The notes under the pieces: model-generated
The model's database searches: none
What the model saw: only the letters and a program-made list of their open reading frames with translations
What the model was told of the DNA's origin: nothing
Translations under genes and position numbers: made by a program
Shown here: positions 1-10,691 of the stretch, in pieces
How the letters are laid out: each line of letters begins with the position of its first letter
Numbering within the stretch: the stretch's first letter is position 1
From: Squalus acanthias
Taxonomy: Eukaryota
Reading direction: 5' to 3'
DNA: 64,000 nt
Assembly: GCA_030390025.1 (NCBI GenBank)
Contig: CM059432.1
Location: 67,892,001-67,956,000 of the forward strand

Positions 1-213
1 CTGTTTTATCTTTTGCTGTTCAAAGTCAGACAGGGACTGACAACTAACAAATTACTTATTGGTTAGATTATGGGGAAAGAGACCCTATTTAGCATATTAA
101 CCAGCTTTTAAAGAAAATGCAAGACTACACTTCTCTGAAGTAATCCAACTTTAAAAGTAATCTTTTTCAAATCCTTTATGTGGAAAAATGGCCAAAGAAA
201 TCCTGAACTGTAC

Positions 214-1058
214 GGGCTGGATTTTACCAGCCCTGAGGAGGCGGGTTTGGAGGTGGGACTGCTGGGAAAGTCAAAAAGAATGGGAGCAGGTCCCGAACCC
301 GCTCCCAACCCGGCTCCAACCAGTCTTCCCGGGAGTCGGGTCCCCGATTTGCACAGGGACCCAACTCCTAGCGGCGGGAAGAGAATTATATTCACTTAAC
401 TGCCTGTTAACAGGCTTTTCCCAATTTTTCGACTGCTGCTGTGGGCTTCCCGACGTCGGGGAACCCCGCCAGGGTAAGTGAGGCGTGCCGTGGGTCTGTT
501 GTTATGTTGGTGTTTGGATGACAGCTGCAGAAGTGGTGTGAAAGATGCAATGGGACAATGGTTAATATCAGAGGTAAGGAAATGTTGTGAAAGTAATTTT
601 TAATGTGGTTAAATGTTTCTGCAGGTGACAAGCTGTGAAGTGTTTGTGTAGTCTCATCTCATCGGGAGAAGTGACAGATGGCTTCTGCAATCTCAGCTGC
701 AACTGCCATCTGTTTTATCCTAAGGAGAGAGTAATTGGAGAGCCTGGTTTCAAGGGCCCACCTGTGTACAGTGATTGTCAGTGTTTGACAGCACCTCAAT
801 GCTGTCAAACACTGACAATTCATCTGTCAAACAAGAGTGGTACATATGCCTTTAAGAAAACTGGCAGATGAAGCATCATCAACTGACGTCATCTGACACC
901 GGCTTTCCCTTAATTGGCCCGCGAACCCGCAGGGCGGGCTTAACAAGGCCAATCAGGGCAAAATAGTGTCTGTTCGTCAGACGTCGCTGGGGGCGGGACT
1001 AGAACCCGGAAGGCAGCAGTCCTGCCCCCAACTCGTCTCGGTATGTAAAATCTAGCCC
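214..1058. mobile_element. Non-autonomous PIF/Harbinger-type element (MITE-like, ~845 bp)
   Basis: Terminal inverted repeats GGGCTGGATTTTAC (214) / GTAAAATCTAGCCC (1058), 13/14 match. The left end is homologous to the right end of the Harbinger at 36660-40947 and to 16970-17183. The right end recurs at 45662-45820. Confidence 0.7.
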
Positions 1059-1363
1059 GTAGTGTGGGAGAATAAATGAGCAGATGCTGCATCTCTTGCG
1101 TTTGCATCAGAAGGTACGAGGGAAGGACAGCTGGAAGTAGGGTTGGTGAAAGAATCAACAAGACAATCAACAAGAGATCAGCTCCTCTGAAAGGTGAGAG
1201 GGGAGGGGGAAATATGCTTAGTTATGGAATTGTTTTGTAGGTAATGGAAATGGCTGAAGATGACATGGCAAATGCAAAGTCTGGTCAATGGAAGGTGAGG
1301 ACAAGGGGTATGTTGTTGTTATAGTAGTAGTAATTGTATCAGTAGCTGTAATAATACAGGTAT

Positions 1364-2024
1364 GGTAGCATAGTGGTTATGTTACTGCACTAGTAATCCA
1401 GAGGCCTGGCCTAATAATCCGAAGACGTGAGTTCAAACTCCACCATGGCAGCTGGGGAATTTAAATTCAGTTAATGAAATAAATCTGGAATAAAAAGCTA
1501 GTATCAGTAATGGTGACCACAAAACTACCAGATTATCGTAAAAACCCATCTGGTTCACTAATGTCCTTTAGGAAAGAAAATCTGCTGCCCTTACCTGGTC
1601 TGGCCTATATGTAACTCCAAACCCACAGCAATGTGGTTGACTCTTGACTGCCCTCTAAAATGTCCGAGCAAGCCATTCAGTTGTAACAAACCACTACAAG
1701 AAACAATAATAAGAATAAAACCAGACGGATCGACCGGCTTCAGACACAACAACAGCACACGTGGCCCACTCGACCCTGCAAAATCCTCCTCACTTGCATT
1801 TGGGGACTTGTGCCAAAATTGTGAGAGCTGTCCCACAGACTAGTCAAGCAACAACCTGACATAGTCATACTCACAGAATCCTCCCTCTCTGCCAATCCAC
1901 AGTGGTGTATAGTCATCAACATGGCATCAGGTCAAACATGGGCAAGGAAACCTCCTGCTGATTACCATCTACCGCCCTCCCTCAGCTGATGAATCAGTAC
2001 TCCTCCATGTTCAACACCACTTGG
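1364..2024 (+). mobile_element. 5' part of a CR1-group LINE (second family) with a tRNA-like head, broken by CR1 insertions
   Basis: Starts GGTAGCATAGTGG...GAGTTCAAA (A/B-box-like). The 5' region and start of the endonuclease are colinear with the minus-strand copy at 54460-56216, and the GQGNLLLITxYRPPSADESVLLH segment is shared with 21850-24495. Confidence 0.7.
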
Positions 2025-2304
2025 AACATAAGGAACATAACAAGCAGGAGTAGGCCATTCGGCCCTTCAAGCCTGCTCCGCCATTCAATAAGATCATGGC
2101 TGATCTTCTACCTCAACTCCTCTTTCCTGCACTATCTCCATATCCCTTGATTCCCATAGTATCCAAAAATCTATCGACACCTTCCTTGAATATACTCAAC
2201 GACTGAGCATCCACAGCCCTCTGGGGTAGAGAATTCCAAAGATTCACAATCCATTGAGTGAAGAAATTTCTCCTCATCTCAGTCCTAAATGGCGCACCCC
2301 TTAT
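2025..2304 (-). mobile_element. CR1 LINE 3' fragment
   Basis: Minus ORF ...RRNFFTQWIVNLWNSLPQ...F...DRFL (CR1 ORF2 C-terminus) plus 3' UTR and CTTATGTT-type tail. Confidence 0.85.
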
Positions 2305-5300
2305 TAAGAACATAAGAAGTAGGAGCAGGAGTAGCCAACCGGCCCCTAGAGTCTACTCCGCCATTCAATAAGATCATGGCTGATCATCGACCTCAACTCC
2401 ACTTTCTCGCCCGATCTCCATATCCCTAGAGTCCAAAAATCTATCTATCTCAGCTTTGAATATACTCAAAGACTCAGCATTCACAGCCCTCTGGGGCAGA
2501 GAATTCCAAAGGTTCACAACCCTCTGAGTGAAGAAATTCCTCCTCATCTCAGTCTTAAATGGCCTACCCCTTATCCTGAGAGTATGCCCCCTAGTTCTAG
2601 ACACTCCAGCCAGGGGAAACAACCTCTCAGCATCTACACTGTCAATCCCCTTCAGAATCTTATATGTTTCAACATAAGAACATAAGAAATAGGAGCAGGA
2701 GTAGGCCAATCGGCCCTTCGAGCCTGCTCCGCCATTCAATAAGATCATGGCTGATCTGATCCTCACCTCAAATCTAAAGAACACAAGAAGTAGGAGCAGG
2801 ACCCGGCCACTCAGCCCCTGGGCCCGCTATGCCACCCACAGGGCCTCGACCGATCCGAACTCAGCCTCATGTCCAATTTCCTGCCCACTTCCCGTAACCC
2901 CTAATTCCCTTTACTTCTAGGAAACTGTCTATTTCTGTTTTAAATTTATTTAATGATGTAGCTTCCACAGCTTCCTGGGGCAGCAAATTCCACAGACCTA
3001 CTACCCTCTGAGTGAAGAAGTTTCTCCTCATCTCAGTTTTGAAAGAGCAGCCCCTTATTCTAAGTTTATGCCCCCTAGTTCTAGTTTCACCCATCCTTGG
3101 GAACATCCTTACCGCATCCACCCGATCAAGCCCCTTCACAATCTTACATGTTTCAATAAGATCGCCTCTCATTCTTCTGAACTCCAATGAGTAGAGTCCC
3201 AATCTACTCAACCTCTCCTCATATGTCCACCCCCTCATCCCGGGGATTAACCAAGTGAACCTTCTTTGTACTGCCTCGAGAGCAAGTATGTCTTTTCTTA
3301 AGTATGGACACCAAAAATGTATGCAGTATTCCAGATGCGGTCTCACCAATACCTTATATAACTGCAGCAATACCTCCCTGTTTTTATAATCTATCCCACT
3401 AGCAATAAAAGCCAACATTCCGTTGGCCTTCTTGATCACCTGCTGCACCTGCATACTAACTTTTTGATTTTCTTGCACTAGGACCCCCAGATCCCTTTGT
3501 ACTGCAGTACTTTCCAGTTTCTCGCCATTAAGATAATAACTTGCTCTCTGATTTTTCCTGCCAAAGTGCATAACCTCACATTTTCCAATATTGTATTGCA
3601 TCTGCCAAATCTCTGCCCACTCACCCAGCTTGTCTATATCCCCTTGTAGGTTTTTTATGTCCTCCTCACTTTCTACTTTCCTTCCCATCTTTGTATCATC
3701 TGCAAACTTTGATATGTTTCAATGAGATCACCTCTCATTCTTCTAAACTCCAGCGAGTATAGGCACAATCTCTCAAAATAGGACAGCCCTCTCATCCCAG
3801 AAATCAATCGAGTGAACATTTGTTGCACCACCTCCAAGGCAAGTATATCCTTCCTTAGATAAGGAGACCAGAACTGTTCACAGTACTCCAGGTGTGGTCT
3901 ACCAAGGCCCTGTACAATTGTAGCAAGACTTCCTTACTCTTATACTCCAACCCCCTTGCAATAAAGGCCAACATGCCATTTGCCTTCCTTATTGCTTGCT
4001 GTACTTTCATGCTAGCTTTCTGTGTTTCTTGCACAAGGGCACCCAAATCTCTCTGAATACCAACATTTGAAAGTTTCTCACCATTTAAAAAATATTCTGT
4101 TTTTCTATTCTTCCTACCAAAGTGAATAACCTCACACTTTCCTACATTATACTCCATCTGCCACCTTACTGCCCACTCACTTAGTCTATCTATATCCCTT
4201 TGCAGACTCTTTGTGTTCTCTTCACAGCTTACTGTCCCACCTAGCTTTGTATCATCAGCAAACTTGGATTCATTACACTCAGTCCCTTCATCTAGGTCAT
4301 TAATATAGATTGTAAATAACTGAGGCCCCAACACTGATTCTAGCAGCACCCAACTAGTTACAGCCTGCCAACCTGAAAAAGATCAGTTTATCCCTACTCT
4401 CTGTTTTCTGTCCATTAACCAATCCTCTATCCATGCTACGATATTACCCCCAACCCCATGAGCCCTAATCTTGTGTAATAACCTTTTATGTGGCACCTTA
4501 TCGAATGCCTTTTGGAAATCCAAATATATTATATCCACTGGTTCCCCTTTATCGACCCTGTTTGTTGCATCCTCAAAAAACTCTAATAAATTTGTCAAAC
4601 ACGATTTCCCTTTCATAAAACCATGTTGACTCTGCCGAATCATATTATGATTTTCTAAGTGACTTGATACCACTTCCTTAACAATGGATTCCAGCATTTT
4701 CCCGATGACTGATGTCAGGCTAACTGGCCTGTAGTTCCCTGTTTTTTCTCTCCCTCCTTTCTTGAATAGCGGTGTTATATTTGCGACCTTCCAATCCGCT
4801 GGGACCATTCCAGAATCTAGGGAATTTTGGAAGGTCAAAACCAATGCATCCACTATCTCTTCAGCCACCTCTTTCAGAACCCTAGGATGTAGGCCGTCAG
4901 GTCCAGGGGATTTGTCGGCTTTTAGTCCCATTAGTTTCTCTTGTATTTTTTCTCTACTTATATTAATTACGATAAGTTCCTCATCCTCATTAGACCCTTG
5001 GTTCCCCATCATTTTTGGTATGCTTTTTGTGTCTTCTACTGTGAAGACAGATACAATATATTTGTTTAACGTTTCTGCCATTTCCTTATCCAACATAATA
5101 ATTTCTCCTGTCTCAGCCTCTAAGGGACCAACGTTTACTTTTGCTGCTCTTTTCCTTTTTACATACTTGTAGAAACTCTTACAATCTGCTTTTATATTTC
5201 TTGCTAGTTTTCTCTCATATTCTATTTTTTCCCTTTTTATCATTTTTTTGGTCAACCTTTGCTGGTTTCTGAAACTCTCCCAATCCTCAGGCTTGCTATT

Positions 5301-6112
5301 ATTCTTTGCAACATTATAAGCTTCTTCTTTCAATCTAATGCTATCCTTAACTTCTTTAGTTAGCCACGATTGGATCACTTTTCCAGTGGAGTTTTTGTTT
5401 CTCAATGGAATGTATTTTTGTTGAGAATTATGAAATATTTCTTTAAATGCTAGCTACTGCTTATCTACCACCATACCTTTTAATCTATTTTCCAATCTAC
5501 CTTAGCCAACTCGCCCCTCATACCTCTGTAATTGCCTTTATTTAAGTTTTAAGACTTTAGTTTTGGACTTAGGCAAGTCACTCTCAAAATTAACGTGAAA
5601 TTCTAAAATATTATGATCACTCTGCCCCAGAGGATCTTTTACTATGAGATTGCTAATTAACCCTGTCTAATTACACAGTACAAGATCTAAAATAACCTGT
5701 TCCCTGGTTGGTTCCATGACATATTGTTCTAGGAAACTGTCCCGAATGCATTCCATGAACTCGTCCTCCAGACTGCCTTTGCCAAATTGATTTGTCCAGT
5801 CTATATGAAGATTAAAGTCCCCCAAGATTATTGCATTACCTTTGTTGCAAGCTCCAACTATTTCTTGATTAATAATCTGTCCAACAGTACAGCTACTGTT
5901 GGGGGCCTATATACTACTCTGTTTTCTGCCCCTTGTTATTCCTTATCTCCACCCATACTGATTCTACTTCCTGATCTTCTGAGCCGAGATCCTTTCTCGC
6001 GAATGTCCTTATGTCATCCTTTATTATCAGGGCTACTCCCCCTCCTTTTCCATTCTGCCTGTCTTTTTGAAACGTCAAGTACCCTGGAACATTTAGTTCC
6101 CAACCTTGCAAC
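2305..6112 (-). mobile_element. Long CR1 LINE (ORF2 endonuclease-RT, frameshifted), interrupted by a CR1 at 2673-3711 and by the LTR element at 6113; continues at 15440-15546
   Basis: ORFs 4383-5405 (KSPGPDG, NYRPVSLTS, QHGF, YLDFQKAFDKV), 3855-4349 (SVLGP..F.IYINDL, KFADDTK) and 5914-6112 (endonuclease GKGGGVAL). 3' tail at 2305. Confidence 0.9.
2673..3711 (-). mobile_element. 5'-truncated CR1 nested in the long CR1, with 11-bp flanking duplication
   Basis: ORF 2867-3688 is the CR1 RT C-terminal part; tail at 2673; ATATGTTTCAA occurs at both 2662-2672 and 3712-3722. Confidence 0.85.
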
Positions 6113-6689
6113 TGTAGAATTCGCAATATATCGCGATTTTATTAATAAGGAGAAAAACACAGAGTTTCGTTCAAACAGCTTTTATTCCAGCAGAATGCTG
6201 TCAGGTTTTCAAAGTGGACACAAGCAGCTTGTAAAATGGCCGCCGCACCTCGTGACAGAACATTCTAGACTTTTCGACAGGCAGACAAGATGGCGTTCCA
6301 ATAAACATTTGTGCAAGATCGATTAAGACTCAGCACATTTAAGATAATACACGAGACATCATGGGTTTACAGTATACACATAAATACTGAAATCGGTCTC
6401 CCAGGTGCGAATAAGAGCTATTGTACCAAGTAATCAAGAACCCATCCAAAGACATTAATATGTAAAATCCCAACGACTCTACGATGAGAGAGCCGTTAGC
6501 GGGTAGTTACAGAAAACACTTGGAAGCCCCAAAACTCCTCCAGGGAGAACACCGACCGATTAAACAATGGGAGAAATATTAACAGGTACTCAGACAGTTA
6601 CGAGTAGCCCCGAAACCCATTAAAACGAAGATCACCCTATACAAGACATTTGAGCGCCAAACCCTAACAAAAGAAAAGACATTAAGGTT

Positions 6690-6720
6690 GGGCGGGAAAC
6701 GGAAGATTTTGCACTATAAT
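6690..6720 (+). promoter_or_regulatory. Candidate LTR core promoter (GC box, ETS-like site, TATA-like box)
   Basis: GGGCGG 6690-6695, CGGAAG 6700-6705 and TATAAT 6715-6720, with a pyrimidine-rich initiator-like tract ~25 nt downstream. Motif inference only. Confidence 0.45.
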
Positions 6721-7491
6721 TGCAAGCTCCAAACCGTCCATCTCTCTCTTATTCTTGGCTCTTGACTCTTGACTCTTATCCTCGTGGCTGCCCTTGACTC
6801 GCCGTCTTGTTCCTGTTTGATGAACTGGGCTCTGAAGCCTTGAAGCGGGCGCACCATCCCGATAAGTCGGTAAACGGTGTTGGAACCGAAGGCCCGAGAT
6901 GAGATGAGATGAGATGAGATGAGATGAAAAGAGAAGAAGACCATACTTATCGCCACGGTCAGTAAGCTCCGACCGCGCCTGTAGGTCGAATAGACATTTT
7001 CCTTGCCAGGAAGACTTCTTCGAGTTTTACAGAACTGCCAGGAAGATTATTCTTCGAATTCTATCGCATCCGTGCGAGGGCACAGGAAGACTCTTTTTTG
7101 AGTAGAGTCGGAACTCCGAGGACAACACAGATCTTCATGACAGCAGACGTTCCAGCCTGCTAGCCGGAGCAGAAACGAGTAAACAAGTGGGGCCAGGAGA
7201 CCCCCTGATCGACACGTGGGCGCTGCGGTGAAAAACATCCGATCAGAGTTTTCGGAATTCTCCGAGTTATCACGAGTGGTGAGCATGAGTCTCGAATCCT
7301 ACGAATCTAGCTTAGGACAGATATTGATAGGGGAGGGTTTTAAGTATTAAGGATAATTGTAATGTGTGCCCCCATTTACGATGTGTCGTTCGTTCCTCGT
7401 TTCCCTGAAATTAATTACATAACTGCGTGTAAGATTGTACTGTCATTAATCTGTGCTTATGACATGTATTTCGTAATCTTAAATATTATGC

Positions 7492-7497
7492 AATAAA
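7492..7497 (+). promoter_or_regulatory. Candidate LTR polyadenylation signal (equivalent 15195-15200 in the 3' LTR)
   Basis: AATAAA downstream of the putative promoter in both LTRs, in an AT-rich context. Confidence 0.5.
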
Positions 7498-7741
7498 GAT
7501 TTTCCATTTCGTACCATTCAACCGAGTCTACCTGAGTTTCATCTCCATTACTGCTCTCGCATCTAAGTCCAGTGTCTAGAACCGTAAGGGCGAGTGGGTC
7601 GAACCACTCACAGGTGTGTCTAGTGCTCCCAGACTGGCTGGAGACCAGAACAGGCAACAAGGCCTAAACCCGCACTAGCACCCGGGCTGCACAGAGCCAC
7701 ACGAATCTCACAGGCTGAGAGACAAAAAACCCTTACAGAAA

Positions 7742-9549
7742 ATGGCGACCGCGGCAGGACACTGGCAGCGAGAGAATAATGTGTTCGACCCTGGTATGAA
7801 TGGGCGAAATGTCATGGAAGAGAGAATAGCAGATTATGTGTTCGGAAAAGTAAATTTGACTAAGAAATGGATAAGTGACCTGCTAGTGGATAAGTGTCCA
7901 CTAGAGGCAGCCGAGAGGTGGACAGATAGTAAGGAACATAAAAAGACAGTCGAGAAAGCAGTCTGGTTAATGTGTTATAAAAGGCAGGTCCAGATTTCAA
8001 ACCAGGTCATTACAGCGCAGGCAGCTCAGATCAAGAGTTTAGAGGTGGAAATGGACGAGAAGGTCGCGGGGGGGGGCAGCAGCTCATCACGACTTTAAAT
8101 GCGTTACATCAAGAACGCCAGTTAGTCACCAACCACCATGAAGCAAAAATAGATTACCTCGAGTGCCAGGTCACCGAGGCAAAGTTAAGTGAGGGTAGAT
8201 TAAAGGAACGATGTGCCCGCCTAGCTGCCCAAATAAAAGCCCAGGAAGAGAGCTTAACGGGGTTTAGGGCGGCATATAAGATGGCCCTCGAGGATAAATT
8301 TCAGGGGGCCGATCACAGCGTCTGCCAAAGAGAGATAGGGAACCTTAAAAATGCCTTGAACAAAGCGCACGGCATGGTGTGCCTTATCAGTCCGTCAGCA
8401 CACCAGCCGCTAGTAGATGAGGAGTTTCAGAAATCCCCACCGAACAAAGCAAAGGAAGTATTAGCCACTACGCCCTCCGCGCCACCCAGCTATTCGGCAA
8501 CCTGGGTGAGGGAGGAAGTAGTAGAAGAAACGAAAGAGCCCACTGAGGGAGAAGTGGAAAAGGGACCGTTGTGTCCGGTTACGGGTATCAAAAGAGGCCC
8601 GAACGGAGCGAATGCGGCAGAGGGGGATCTCCTCAACCAGCTTGTGTTGCCTCACAGCTCACACCAGCTGAGGGTTATGATCAGTCACGTACGGAAGCTG
8701 GCCGAGTCAGACGACCCTTCCGTACATTTCAGGGAAGTAGAGCAAACCGCAGCCATTAACGGCTGCGATGATGGGGAAAAAGCAAAAATGCTGTTATTCT
8801 CATTAGACAGCTCGATCCTTCAGTGTCTCTCAGACGAGAGCAAGAGGGGAATTAATACCTATGGGGAGCTAAGAGATGAGGTCCTAGAAGTGTTGGGAAT
8901 GGACGATGAAGGTCCGTTCGTTAGACTGGGACAAACAGTGCAGATGGAGGGAGAACCCCCGAAGGTTTTCGCCGACAGGCTGTGGCCAGTATATCAACGT
9001 AGCTGCCCAGGCGCACCAGCGCGTCACCGCCTAGACGGTGTCGGTTTAACTCATTGGCTCAGGTGTATAGTAGCCAACAGTTTGCCAGCCGTCAGGGAGC
9101 AGGCCAAAGCGTGGTTTGATCCCACTAACCCCGCCACAACAGAGGAGTCGGTCCTAAATCGACTCACGGTAGGGTACCGTAATACCAGGAGTATGGGAGC
9201 ACGTCCCCTTAAGGGAAAGGTGCATGAGGTACGACCCGCAGCCCCGGCTCAAAAGGAGTGGCATCAGGAGGGTAACCGCGCCCCGCAGGCCAGCAATGCT
9301 TGTTACGGGTGTGGGAAGACAGGGCACTGGCGCAAGAACTGCAGGAACCCTTGGAAGGATTCCAGGGATAGAAATCCCGCGGTCCGAGCCCAGGCGCCTG
9401 TCTCTGATAGGGGAGCTAGTGCACCCATCCATCCCGACGCGATCGAATCAGTGTTGGGAGCCATGCGCAACCTCATGAGTGCGCATGGAAGGGTGGCGGT
9501 TGCTACCGGCCCCGCAGGTGCCACAGCCCCGTCCAATAGTACCCAATGA
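7742..9549 (+). CDS. gag: Gag polyprotein (~602 aa if the frameshift in the G9 run at 8068-8076 is corrected)
   Basis: ORF 7742-8098 joins the frame that is open from 8077 to 9549. N-terminal coiled coil; PSAPPSY 8473-8493; MHR-like QMEGEPPKVFADRL 8941-8982; zinc knuckle CYGCGKTGHWRKNC 9301-9342. Confidence 0.85.
7743..7760 (+). other. Primer-binding site, tRNA-Arg (TCG type)
   Basis: TGGCGACCGCGGCAGGAC, 5 nt after the LTR end, is the reverse complement of ...GTCCTGCCGCGGTCG-CCA, which I recall as the 3' end of vertebrate tRNA-Arg(TCG). Confidence 0.85.
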
Positions 9550-10659
9550 CTAGAGCCCACGCAGCCTGCCTACCTGTGTCCTTTTAAAAGACACGCACAG
9601 GAGGGGCTCTCCGGTGAGGAGGCCAGGTTAAAAGAGCAGGCCTTGCGGGAGGAGAACGCCCGCTTAATAGGGAAAATAGATGGGCTGGAAGGGCAGCTTA
9701 GAGAGCAGGCCCTGCGGGAGGAGAACGCCCGCTTAATGGGAAAGTTAGACGTGCTCAGGCTAGAAGGGCAGCTTAGAGAGATAAAAGCAGCCTACAAGGG
9801 AGCCAGAAGCAGGGATTTAAACCAGTGCAAACTGTACAAGCCAGGTGCACAAGGGAAAACCACAGGGGCAAAACCTGCGAGTGGGGACTCGCAGCCCCAG
9901 GTAGGACCACAGGGCACACAGGCAGGCAGAGCAGCTTGCATCAGGGAAGGAGGCATCCTGGAAAATTGTGAAACATTTTTGTGGGGTTGGGAGTCAGATG
10001 AGGGAGAGTTCCGGGAACTCAAGTCAGATGAGGATAGTGAAGGTAGTGGAGAGTGGGTATCGGAGGACGCAAGGGTCGCCCCCGATTCAGGTATAGGGAG
10101 GACAGGGGCTGCAGATAGAGATCCACACAGGGTGGACACCGAGGCTGCAGGTCCCGAACACAGGAGGGAGGAGCTAGGGGAGGCGGAGTCAGCCACTGTG
10201 AGACCACAGGGCGTGACGGCGGAAACCTCAGAGCCCGAGCCGCCCGCCTTGAACGTCCTGCCCTCGAGGGAGGTAGGGATTGCGAGTGAAGGGCCGCCTG
10301 CTGGGCCGAGCAGGGCGGTGCCACAAGCTGCAAGTCCCGAGGTCAGGGAGGCGGAGTCAGGGGAGGCGGAGCCAGCGACTGTGGTGGGACCACAGGCCGT
10401 CCCGGTGGAAGTCTCGGAACCCGGTCCGTCGGTCCTGGGATTCCTGCCCCCGACAACTCCTCGTAGGTCAAGTCGAGCACCCCAGCCCAGGAAAATGTGG
10501 TCATGTCCCCAGACTGCCCCAAGGCGTAGGCTCAAGGTTAGGGCAGCCCAGGAAGGGCCCAGTCCCATCGCAGCAGCAACAGGCTACGGCAGATCAAAGG
10601 AAGGGGTCAGTGCCCTCCCACCGTCGGGAAGAGCTCGCAGCAGCCTTCTCAGAATTTAA
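9550..10659 (+). CDS. In-frame ORF after the gag stop (369 aa; coiled coil plus acidic/Pro-rich disordered region) occupying the pol position, with no PR/RT/IN motifs
   Basis: Open in the gag frame from the codon after TGA 9547-9549 to TAA 10657-10659. Contains a 69-bp tandem duplication from 9634 and a duplicated GEAE.ATV..PQ.V..E.SEP.P..L..LP segment. Confidence 0.6.
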   Translation, partial: LEPTQPAYLCPFKRHAQEGLSGEEARLKEQALREENARLIGKIDGLEGQLREQALREENARLMGKLDVLRLEGQLREIKAAYKGARSRDLNQCKLYKPGAQGKTTGAKPASGDSQPQVGPQGTQAGRAACIREGGILENCETFLWGWESDEGEFRELKSDEDSEGSGEWVSEDARVAPDSGIGRTGAADRDPHRVDTEAAGPEHRREELGEAESATVRPQGVTAETSEPEPPALNVLPSREVGIASEGPPAGPSRAVPQAASPEVREAESGEAEPATVVGPQAVPVEVSEPGPSVLGFLPPTTPRRSSRAPQPRKMWSCPQTAPRRRLKVRAAQEGPSPIAAATGYGRSKEGVSALPPSGRARSSLLRI

Positions 10660-10691
10660 AGGGGCCGCCCTGGGAACGGGCGGCGCTGTAC

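Larger units (their letters stand above)
6113..7737 (+). repeat. 5' LTR (1625 bp)
   Basis: Direct repeat of 13816-15439. Differences seen: T6297/A14000, T6536/C14239, and A6 vs A5 near the 3' end. Contains (GAGAT)6 at 6896-6925. Confidence 0.97.

Noticed and set aside
1364..1450. tRNA gene
   Set aside because: Only A/B-box-like motifs without a complete cloverleaf; it is the head of a repeat.
5787..6326. 179-aa plus-strand ORF
   Set aside because: Chance chimera across the CR1 antisense/LTR junction.
6714..7660. Three short minus-strand ORFs duplicated at 14417-15363
   Set aside because: They are duplicated only because they lie in the LTRs; no coding features.
9792..10568. 258-aa antisense ORF inside the LTR element (possible HBZ-like antisense gene)
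   Set aside because: Low-complexity Ser/Gly/Ala/Pro mirror of a GC-rich sense ORF with no domain; expected as a shadow frame.
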